From contig CAZQWH010000002.1 in assembly GCA_964597145.1 (NCBI GenBank), positions 49,232-113,231 on the forward strand: a DNA stretch of 64,000 nt, written 5' to 3'. Under the pieces are notes generated by a model. The model saw nothing but the letters and a program-made list of their open reading frames with translations. It made no database searches and was not told where the DNA came from. This stretch comes from an uncultured Candidatus Saccharibacteria bacterium. Its GTDB lineage: Bacteria; Patescibacteriota; CAZHWT01. Position 1 is the first letter of the stretch. Each line of letters begins with the position of its first letter. The translations under genes and the position numbers were made by a program. Positions 39,925 to 48,293 of this stretch are shown here, in pieces.

Positions 39925-40971
39925 ATGAAAATTTACGTTGGCATGAGCGGCGGGGTAGATAGCTCCCTGACCGCGGCATTATTAAAAGAACAAGGGCATG
40001 ACGTCACTGGGGTTTACCTCAAGAACTGGGCCAAAGAATGGGATATCTTTGACTGTCCCTGGGCAGATGACTTGCACGATGCCTCACGGGTAGCCGAGCA
40101 ACTTGGGATAGAGTTGAAAGTGTTTGATGTCCAGCAGCAGTATCGCCATTATGTGGTGGACTATATGTTGGCCGAGTACCAGGCTGGGCGCACGCCTAAC
40201 CCCGATATCATGTGCAACCAGGAGATGAAGTTTGGGGTGTTTATGCGATTGGCTGAGGCTGATGGGGCAGAGGCTATCGCGACTGGACACTACGCACGAA
40301 TTAAAGAAGGGAACTTGATGGCTGGCGTTGATAAAAACAAGGATCAGAGTTATTTCCTTTACCGTATCAGGCCAGAATCATTAACCAAAGCCTATATGCC
40401 CATTGGCCAATACACCAAACCTCATGTTCGCGAAATGGCTAAAGAGCGCGGATTAGTGACCGCCAGCAAAAAAGATTCGCAAGGCATATGCTTCATCGGC
40501 AAGGTTAAGTTAAAGGACTTTCTGAAAATGTATGTCAAAAGTGAACCGGGTGAGGTGATTGATCAGCACGGTCAAGTGATAGGGGAACATGATGGCGCAA
40601 TTTATTACACCATCGGCCAGCGGTCAGGCTTGGGTATCGGTGGTGGCCAGCCCTACTTTATTACTGGTAAAGACATGAATAAAAATGAGATCTATGTCAC
40701 CACTGATCCGCAAGATGATGAACTGTGGAAAGACACTGTATCAATCAATCAGCTCCATTGGCTGAACGAGGCTCCAAAGTCAAATAAGATCTACCACATC
40801 CGAGCTCGCTATCGCGCACCATTAGTTGAAGCTAGAATTACCCAGCTTAACAACACGTCCATGTCTTTCAAGTTACAACAGCCAGTCCGCGCCATCGCCC
40901 CTGGTCAGTCATTAGTAATGTATGACAAAGATAGGGTGGTGGGTGGAGGCATCATCACCGCAGAGCGGTGA
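39925..40971 (+). CDS. mnmA: tRNA-specific 2-thiouridylase
   Basis: PP-loop 'YVGMSGGVDSSLTAALL', conserved Cys positions, length 348 aa. Confidence 0.9.
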   Translation: MKIYVGMSGGVDSSLTAALLKEQGHDVTGVYLKNWAKEWDIFDCPWADDLHDASRVAEQLGIELKVFDVQQQYRHYVVDYMLAEYQAGRTPNPDIMCNQEMKFGVFMRLAEADGAEAIATGHYARIKEGNLMAGVDKNKDQSYFLYRIRPESLTKAYMPIGQYTKPHVREMAKERGLVTASKKDSQGICFIGKVKLKDFLKMYVKSEPGEVIDQHGQVIGEHDGAIYYTIGQRSGLGIGGGQPYFITGKDMNKNEIYVTTDPQDDELWKDTVSINQLHWLNEAPKSNKIYHIRARYRAPLVEARITQLNNTSMSFKLQQPVRAIAPGQSLVMYDKDRVVGGGIITAER

Positions 40972-41039
40972 TGAGTAGTAAGTATTGAGTCCGGAGTAGG
41001 GAATAAATGAAGTCTTTCTCAGAATAATGCGGTTCCACC

Positions 41040-41122
41040 GTCATTGCGAGGGAGTAAAACGACCACGGCAATCTTCTCAGCACAGCCAAGATTGCTTCGT
41101 CATTTACATTCCTCGCAATGAC
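41040..41122. repeat. MITE-like element, GTCATTGCGAGG ... CCTCGCAATGAC perfect 12-nt terminal inverted repeats
   Basis: 83 nt, read directly; internal 'ACGACCACGGCAATCT' box shared with other copies. Confidence 0.8.
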
Positions 41123-41263
41123 GAAGTACTCAAAACCCATTCGCACACCACCCATCACCCTTCGTCGATATATCTGAGATATAAACGGCTTGTTACGTAA
41201 CATGTTACGTAACAAAATCAATTGGTAATGATAACTTACGATTAACTAAATAACCCATAGTAT

Positions 41264-41292
41264 TTGATATTAAAAGATTTTTTTGGTATAAT
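41264..41292 (+). promoter_or_regulatory. Near-consensus sigma70 promoter TTGATA-17-TATAAT
   Basis: -35 at 41264..41269, 17-nt spacer, -10 at 41287..41292; about 95 nt upstream of the 41389 ORF. Confidence 0.6.
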
Positions 41293-41388
41293 TTACGCAC
41301 AATTCCCAGGTGGATGTCTGGGTGCTTCGAATCATTCGGGGAACAGTGAGTCCTGCCACTGAAGCATGACGTGGAGAAAGGCTAGTCG

Positions 41389-41790
41389 ATGACTCAACCC
41401 AAGGTGAAAAGCGAGTGGGCTCTCAGGTATGTCCAGGCACAAAATAATAAAGACGCTGGCAGACCGAAGGGTTCACTTCTTACTCAAACAGACTTCCGGC
41501 CTGTTGTAGGGAACGAGTATGAGATCGAAGATGCCCCCAGCATCGCTGATCTCGACCACAGTAAGAATTTTGGTTTCGTTTTCTCTAGCGACCAGCATCA
41601 GGTAGGTTTCCAGATAGCTGGAAAACTCGGCGGTTTTGCCGGATGGATCGTAGAGATGGGGAGAGCAGGATACAGCAGTGACTCGTGGACAGTCGAGGGA
41701 GTAACAAACTCGTTTAGCAACGACCTCCACTACTTCGTAGTCACCATGAGCATCAGGTATCGCACCGGTCGCGTGAAGTTCTACCGCTAA
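41389..41790 (+). CDS. Hypothetical protein (133 aa)
   Basis: Monocistronic unit with the promoter above and a strong terminator below. Confidence 0.45.
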   Translation: MTQPKVKSEWALRYVQAQNNKDAGRPKGSLLTQTDFRPVVGNEYEIEDAPSIADLDHSKNFGFVFSSDQHQVGFQIAGKLGGFAGWIVEMGRAGYSSDSWTVEGVTNSFSNDLHYFVVTMSIRYRTGRVKFYR

Positions 41791-41810
41791 ATCAGCGGCT
41801 TGACCGCAAA

Positions 41811-41845
41811 AACCCCGGAGGTCCGCCTCTGGGGTTTTCTTTTGT
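41811..41845 (+). terminator. Rho-independent terminator
   Basis: CCCCGGAGG stem ... CCTCTGGGG followed by TTTTCTTTTG. Confidence 0.7.
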
Positions 41846-42344
41846 CTTTGTCATTCTGAGTGTCAACGCCTACCAGCCTCTAGCTAGAAGAATCCTCCAA
41901 TCTAGATGGCCATAAGGATCCTTCGCTTTCAGTTCAGGATGACAAATACCTGTAATTCCTAGAAAGTAGTTAATCAAGATCTTTATTAACTGTTCATCGC
42001 TCAGATTCCGGCTCGGAGCCTCAATGGAAACATTCCAAACTCAGGCGCATTTATGACGCGCTTCACTCCCTATAAACCACAGTCTATCTAGATACTTTCG
42101 TCTCAATAAACCCGAGAATTGCACGATACTTAACCATAATTTCATCTATTCCACCCATCAACCTATCCAAGTTAATATATCTCAGACAGGAACCTCCCAT
42201 AAATTTGACCTCTCACATATAAAAGCCTAAAAAACTACACACAATCAGTACCAAGTAACAGTATGTAACATGCAGCCTCCATCACGCCTTAACCTAAAGC
42301 CTGAGCCAGAAATTCCCAACTCTTCGTCACACCAACAAGCAACC

Positions 42345-42412
42345 TAGGTTCAAAGCTGTTTAACCCCCGAGGTTAAATGTGTTTGAACCTAGGTTGCTTG
42401 TTAAACTTTAAG
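42345..42412. repeat. Palindromic dispersed element ACAAGCAACCTAGGTTCAAAGC-TTTAACCCCCGAGGTTAAA-TTTGAACCTAGGTTGCTTGTT (complete copy)
   Basis: Half or partial copies at 14335..14380, 27450..27491, 54516..54572 and 18696..18720. Confidence 0.8.
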
Positions 42413-42755
42413 CGCAATAACACCTCGCGGGTGTTGCACCCATACACTATCCACAAAATCGCGTCAGAGTCATGTGATTTAGATTAATTTTGTGATGATG
42501 AATAGCTATAATTAGAGATTTATGTGCCACGAAGGAGTGCTCAAAATGAGGCCTTGGGGTGTTTCATCTCTCCAAACTTTACTGGCATTCTAAGTGTCAA
42601 CCGCCTGCCAGCCTCTGGCTGGAAGAATCTTTCAACCTACATAGCCACAAAGATCCCTCATTGAGGGCAATTGAGGTTTAACCTCAATAAGGGGGTTGAG
42701 GTTAAACCTCAATTATACGCATTCTGAATGCTATACGCGTGACGCTGACCGCTTT

Positions 42756-43808
42756 CTAAAATTCTCCCACCAACCCAATTTCCATTTCCAATTGATAGCC
42801 GGTTTCGGCTTTGACTTTCTCCTGAGCCAGTATGGCTAAGGCCATAACATCAGCCGCAGTAGCCTGACCCGTATTGACTAAAAAGTTAGCATGTTTTTCG
42901 GATATTTTTGCTCCGCCAACCTGCTTGCCTTTTAGTCCCACCTGATCGATTAATCGACCAGCGCCCACCCCTTCAATTTTTTTAAAGACCGAACCACAAG
43001 AGGGGAAATCCTCTAGTTGGGGTTGACGTTCGCGACGCCATTTAAGATTTTCTTGGGCTTGATGGACTATTTCCGCCTTTGGTTTAGTTATCAGATTAAA
43101 GGTGGCCTCTAACACAATAACCTCCTGGTGGTGGAGGATAGAATCGTCATAGCCAAACTGAAAAAAGTCGGTACCCACTACTCGAGTTGAATTATCTGGC
43201 ATCAGAACTTTGGCACTATCTAAAACCTCCTCAATAAACACTGTCCGACTACGATCTGGCGACAAAAAATGCAGATTCTGCCATAAGGCGCCACCAACGC
43301 TACTTGGAATGCCGGCAAAATGCTCGAGGCCGGAGAGTTGGCGCTCGGCTGTATATTTAATTAAATCGGCAATGGTTGCCCCGGACTCGGCAGTGAGCAA
43401 GCAGGTCGGAGATCGCATGTCGGAGGTCGATTCACTGTCATCCAGGAGTGCGTCAGCACGATAGGATCTATCCTGGACATCATGACCATCCTGAGAGATT
43501 CTATCGCCTCCGGCTCCAGAAAGACGAGATAAAGGGTTAATCTCAACATTATCTGCCTGATTATAAATTACTAACCCACGAAATCCTTTGTCGCCGATGA
43601 GGATATTGGCGCCGGTGCCGAGGAGGAAGTAGGGGATGGACTGCTGTCGCGCTTGAGTGATGGCAGTTACGAGCTGGTCTTGGGAGTGAACCTCCACAAA
43701 ATAGTCAGCTGGGCCGCCGATCTGGTAGGTGGTGTAAGGGGCAAGGGATACATCTCGTTGTATATCTAACCCAGGTATATTGAGATCCATATGAGTGTAG
43801 TGTACCAT
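42756..43808 (-). CDS. murB: UDP-N-acetylenolpyruvoylglucosamine reductase
   Basis: FAD-binding 'YTTYQIGGPADYFVEV...LLGTGANIL', 'GLEHFAGIPSSVGGALWQN', C-terminal MurB domain. Carries an extra ~40-aa acidic insert encoded by repeat-like DNA at ~43400..43520. Confidence 0.9.
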   Translation of the reverse strand: MVHYTHMDLNIPGLDIQRDVSLAPYTTYQIGGPADYFVEVHSQDQLVTAITQARQQSIPYFLLGTGANILIGDKGFRGLVIYNQADNVEINPLSRLSGAGGDRISQDGHDVQDRSYRADALLDDSESTSDMRSPTCLLTAESGATIADLIKYTAERQLSGLEHFAGIPSSVGGALWQNLHFLSPDRSRTVFIEEVLDSAKVLMPDNSTRVVGTDFFQFGYDDSILHHQEVIVLEATFNLITKPKAEIVHQAQENLKWRRERQPQLEDFPSCGSVFKKIEGVGAGRLIDQVGLKGKQVGGAKISEKHANFLVNTGQATAADVMALAILAQEKVKAETGYQLEMEIGLVGEF

Positions 43809-43878
43809 TTTGCAATTATATAGCCTATAGTATATAATGTATTTTGATTATTGGATCTTCAAACCAGGAGATTGCTCA

Positions 43879-44457
43879 ATGTATGGTCCGATTCTCAAAG
43901 GCAAGACCAAGCATGGTCGTCAATTCGTACTTCGCCCTCCCACCGAGGATGACGCCCCACTGCTGATTCGATGGATGGCAGATCCAGAGGTAACGCGTAC
44001 CTTGGGTCGGATCTTTCCTATGTCGCTTGACTCGGAGAGAGAGTGGCTGTCCGAGGAAGCAAACAACTCTGAATCGGTCATTTGGATCATCGAGTGCAAA
44101 CATAGATGGAATTTTGTTCCAATTGGCATAGCTGGTATCCACGAAATCGATTCTATTCATCGGAACGCAGTCACTAGCATGTTTATCGGCGAAAAATCGC
44201 TTTGGGATCAAGGCATCGCAACAGCAGTGATGGAGTTGCGTATCAACTTTACCTTTACATTTCTAGGCCTGCACAAGCTCAAGTCGTCTTTTTTGGAAGG
44301 AAATGAAGGCAGCCGGAGGGCTCAAAAGTCTGCTGGCTACCAAGAAGTTGGCCGAAACAGAGAAGAGTTTTGGCGTGACGGTCAATGGGTGGATGAAATT
44401 TTAACCGAAGTGCTGGCCGCAGACTGGTTTGCTGCGAATAGACCAGTAGTTGAATGA
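43879..44457 (+). CDS. GNAT-family N-acetyltransferase (RimJ/RimL-like)
   Basis: 'FVLRPPTEDDAPLLIRWMADPEVTRTLG' and a GNAT core; ATG at 43879 (the longer ORF begins at 43837). Confidence 0.7.
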   Translation: MYGPILKGKTKHGRQFVLRPPTEDDAPLLIRWMADPEVTRTLGRIFPMSLDSEREWLSEEANNSESVIWIIECKHRWNFVPIGIAGIHEIDSIHRNAVTSMFIGEKSLWDQGIATAVMELRINFTFTFLGLHKLKSSFLEGNEGSRRAQKSAGYQEVGRNREEFWRDGQWVDEILTEVLAADWFAANRPVVE

Positions 44458-44580
44458 AGATTGATACAATTCCCTGGAGGCGAAAGCCGACGGGGAATTT
44501 TTATTGCTAATATTTCATGCTTAGAATTTGTTTCATATACTGTAATTCTGATTTCTCATTTCAAAACATCAGATTCCCGA

Positions 44581-46215
44581 TCAGGTCGGGAATGACAGGG
44601 GAGCGGTGTTTGTTAATTGAGGCGAATATGGTTTGATATTGGATCGATTGCTAGGACTACTTATATATCGTTTTAAGATTTTATATTGATCCAGATCGAA
44701 CTGAGGGATTATCGATTGGTGCTCAATTAACTGGTCATGTTGGATAATATGGCCAACCAAACACCAGTTATCAATAATATACCCATCACTTTGGCCTTGA
44801 TGGTCGCTTTCGGTAATAATAATCGGTGTCGCATATGGCCATTGTTTAATTCTGGTTGTGGCAAAAGCTTGGTTGAATCGCATTAAATACTCCAAGCTGG
44901 ATTCTTTTCCCACACACGCTCCATAGCAAACTTTGAGTTGATGAGGGAAACAGGCGCCAGAGGTTTTTTGGAGCCCTAATAATTTGTGACAAAGGTGATG
45001 CTCTTTGGCTAGAGCAACTAATGATTCTTTAGCCTGTCGCTCGGAGCGATAGACGGCCATAACTGCGTCCAGAGGGACGCAGGAGGTCGATGGTGGGAGG
45101 TTGGAAGGCGACTTGGATTTTAATTTGTCGTCATCCCGGAAGAAGTCTTGCGACTGATAGGATCTAGATTCTATCGCCTTTGGCTCTCTTCGATCCTGAG
45201 CCTCAGAGCCGAAGGCCAGAATGACATTTTCTATATTTATTTTTTCTGATTTCTGATTTGTTTCGATTTTAGGATTTAGAATTTCTGATTTGCGCTGCAA
45301 GGAGATTGTTGGATAGCCAGCCTCATCTTTGCCTTTAATCGCCACCATCATCTCGGTTTGGCATCGCAGCAGCCGGTTATGGATCGGCATTAGCTCCTTA
45401 ATTAAGCGTGATTCAGTAAGCAAGGCACCTAGTTCGCCGGTAGTAGATATGGTTTCAATATCCGTAATTTCCCGGGCAATCCGTTGCTCTTTGGGGGAGC
45501 GGTGGTCATCGCTAAAGTGAGATAAAACTCGATCACGGATACTCACACTTTTGCCGACATACAAGGGTGCATTAGTGGCAGAGCGAAAAATATAAACCCC
45601 CGGCGACTCAGGTAAGTCATTCACAATTCTCTGGGGCAGGTGAACCGGCAAAGATGGCTGACGTAGCTGTAATCGAACCTGCTGGTTAATAATTGCTTCG
45701 TCATGTTGTTCAACCATGCATTGCAAGGCTTTCCAAGTCGCTTCAGCATCAGCAAAAGCCCGGTGGCGTTCGAGTATAGGGATAGCAAAGCGTTCAATGA
45801 GGGCGTCTAGTTTATGGCTGCGATAGTGCGGGTAAAGTGCTCGGGACAACTTGACCGTGCAGAGCAGGCGAGGTTTAAACTGGTACCCAGCTCGCCCTAA
45901 TTCCTCTTTGATAAAGGCATAATCAAACCGGGCGTTGTGCGCCACAAAAATACAGCCTTCAAGTAAGTCGTACACATCCTGAGCCACCTCAGTAAAAGTA
46001 GGTGCGCCCGTTATATCATCATTAGAAATCCCAGTTAATTGGGTAATAAAGGCTGGGAGTGAGGTACCAGGATTAATTAATTGGCGCATAGTTTGCACCA
46101 CCTGCCCCTGCTCAATCCGTAAAATACCCACATCAATCACGCCGCCGTTTTTATACGACATCCCAGTAGTTTCGACATCAACAATAGCCAGCGGAGAATG
46201 GAACAGATTGGGCAT
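44581..46215 (-). CDS. DnaQ-like 3'-5' exonuclease (DEDDh) fused to GIY-YIG nuclease domain (Cho/UvrC-homologue-like)
   Basis: Exo motifs 'VDVETTG', 'HNARFD', 'HRAFADA'; GIY-YIG 'GVYIFRS...LYVGKSVSIRDRVLSHF'. A ~75-aa low-complexity insert is encoded by repeat DNA at ~45060..45300. Confidence 0.85.
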   Translation of the reverse strand: MPNLFHSPLAIVDVETTGMSYKNGGVIDVGILRIEQGQVVQTMRQLINPGTSLPAFITQLTGISNDDITGAPTFTEVAQDVYDLLEGCIFVAHNARFDYAFIKEELGRAGYQFKPRLLCTVKLSRALYPHYRSHKLDALIERFAIPILERHRAFADAEATWKALQCMVEQHDEAIINQQVRLQLRQPSLPVHLPQRIVNDLPESPGVYIFRSATNAPLYVGKSVSIRDRVLSHFSDDHRSPKEQRIAREITDIETISTTGELGALLTESRLIKELMPIHNRLLRCQTEMMVAIKGKDEAGYPTISLQRKSEILNPKIETNQKSEKINIENVILAFGSEAQDRREPKAIESRSYQSQDFFRDDDKLKSKSPSNLPPSTSCVPLDAVMAVYRSERQAKESLVALAKEHHLCHKLLGLQKTSGACFPHQLKVCYGACVGKESSLEYLMRFNQAFATTRIKQWPYATPIIITESDHQGQSDGYIIDNWCLVGHIIQHDQLIEHQSIIPQFDLDQYKILKRYISSPSNRSNIKPYSPQLTNTAPLSFPT

Positions 46216-46475
46216 TACCCGAAATTATAACGAAGTTGGTGGGAAAATAGTAAGAGGCAGGCGAGTCAGCGGAGCCGACAAAAGTTGGGAGATAGGAGGT
46301 AGGATATAGTAGGGTTATCGTATGTTTTTATCTTGGCCCCTTTTTACGGTGGCTCACTTCAAAAGGCCTGATAACCTCTTATATAAATGTAATACAGAAG
46401 TAAAAAGGGCAGGGCTAAGTGGGGAATACCCACAAAGCACCTGCCCTTGCGTTGCACCTTTCTGTTTAGCTGTTA

Positions 46476-47297
46476 CTACTTACCTACACCCAGCACCGTG
46501 GACAAGGCCAAGATCAGACAATCGATCAGCCTGTCAATGATCTCCTGAGGAACACCCGGGTAAGGGTTGTCCACACCAGTGTCGGTGCCGGTGTCGGTGT
46601 CGGTGTCAGTGTCACCTCCGCATTGAAGCGCGAAGTAACTGAAATCCGCCCCGTTGATCACCGAGCCGTGAATGTACACTGGCTCAGTGAATACCTGGTC
46701 CCCAGGCAGCAGATCAAGTTGGCCCGACGTATCCGCCACAGCACTGACCGCAAGTCTTTCGGTCAGCACCTGGGTGTCGGACTCACCATCACGAGCGAAG
46801 AACTCGATCTGATAGGGCCCACCTTCTTCGTAGTTAACGAAGATAGTGTATTCAATCAGCCCACTACAGTTTGCATCCGTGATGACGGAGCAGACCGAAT
46901 GGTCACACTGATTGACCGGGCCACCATCCGATTCTGCATCGGTATCCGGGGCGCCCGTATCGGTATCGACGTCTGTGTCAGCGTCAGCTGAGGTGTCGGC
47001 GTCGAAGTCAGAAGTTGTGTCGGTCGTTGTATCAACGATCGGCACCGACGAATTGTCGATGTCCTCGACTGGGACAATCTGCTGATCCGACGGAGTGTCG
47101 GTGTCGATATCGGTGTCGGTATCGATGTCAGAATTGTCGATGTTTTCGACCAGCTGCTGGCCGGAATTATCGATCGGCACCGACGAGTTGTCGATATCCT
47201 CAACCGGGACGAGCTGCTGCTCCGTCTCGGCACTAGCCATCGCCGGCATGATCGCCATCATGAGCGCTGCAAACAGCGGAACCAGAATCTTCTTCAT
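46476..47297 (-). CDS. Secreted acidic repeat protein (DT/DxD-rich), hypothetical
   Basis: Signal peptide 'MKKILVPLFAALMMAIMPAMASA'; duplicated 'QQLVPVEDIDNSSVPI' segments; (DT)n runs; GC-rich. Confidence 0.5.
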   Translation of the reverse strand: MKKILVPLFAALMMAIMPAMASAETEQQLVPVEDIDNSSVPIDNSGQQLVENIDNSDIDTDTDIDTDTPSDQQIVPVEDIDNSSVPIVDTTTDTTSDFDADTSADADTDVDTDTGAPDTDAESDGGPVNQCDHSVCSVITDANCSGLIEYTIFVNYEEGGPYQIEFFARDGESDTQVLTERLAVSAVADTSGQLDLLPGDQVFTEPVYIHGSVINGADFSYFALQCGGDTDTDTDTGTDTGVDNPYPGVPQEIIDRLIDCLILALSTVLGVGK

Positions 47298-47741
47298 CTC
47301 TTTCTCCTTGTTTTACAAAAAAGAACTAACTCTACTGTTGCAAAAACCTCCGTGGCGAGTCCTCCGACCCTACCACCTGATAAGGCCAACAGCAGATAAA
47401 ACGACGCACACACGTGTGTCGTTAATCCTACTGTTGGTCATCCGATAAAGGTTGAGTTACGTACCAATACAAAATCCGTCCGCAGATGTGGGTTTTGAGC
47501 TAACCGTATTAAGGTGCACAGCAAAACATAGGTTGTGCTGTTCATTTAGTTACTGCGTTATATCATATTTTACATCTTATCGCAATACTATAAGCTTTAA
47601 TAGATTGGCTGATAAGGTAAATACATTTACCTAGAGAAAATTTTTGCACCAATTTAACCACTAAAGCAGCATCCAGTAAGGACACCCTGAGACTATTAGA
47701 TATGGCCCGATCTGAATAAAGTATTCAATCAGCATGCTAGG

Positions 47742-48293
47742 TTGACAGCCAAGCATTTGACGTACGATACTAGATGTGTGTATAGATTAAACCTTGACCC
47801 CTTCGGTCCTCCATTTACAAAGCTTCACATTATTGCCTATGGCAGCATTACTTTGGCTTTGGGCTTTGTAATTTTATTGGGCGTGATTCCAAAGTTACGC
47901 CAAGGCCAAGAAGCGTTAACCGCTGTAGCTACCGCAACTCCAGCCAGCTTGCAGCAGGATTACAACAAGCCGTTAGCTACTGTCCAAAATAATCAATTCG
48001 CCAAAGCCTGGAAAGAAGATGGATTTCTTATCTTTGATATAAGACCTGCGGTAGAATTTGAAGTCATACATATTACGGGCTCCCGCAATGCACCAATCGA
48101 GTTTCTAGCCGCATCTTCCTTTGACACCGATACCACCACCGTGATTTATAGTCCCAACCTGCAAGACCTGGAAAAGGCTACCCAAATACTCACAGATAAG
48201 GGAGTAAAGCAGGTAGTTCAATTGCACGGAACCATCGAAGAACTGCGGGCTCAGGGATATGCATTAAAAGCATCTGAAAGTATTACCCAATGA
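47742..48293 (+). CDS. Membrane-anchored rhodanese-like domain protein (catalytic Cys apparently replaced)
   Basis: 'FLIFDIRPAVEFEVIHITGSRNAPI' rhodanese fold; loop 'VIYSPN' has Ser where an active rhodanese has Cys; stop overlaps the start of the next gene. Confidence 0.55.
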   Translation: MTAKHLTYDTRCVYRLNLDPFGPPFTKLHIIAYGSITLALGFVILLGVIPKLRQGQEALTAVATATPASLQQDYNKPLATVQNNQFAKAWKEDGFLIFDIRPAVEFEVIHITGSRNAPIEFLAASSFDTDTTTVIYSPNLQDLEKATQILTDKGVKQVVQLHGTIEELRAQGYALKASESITQ

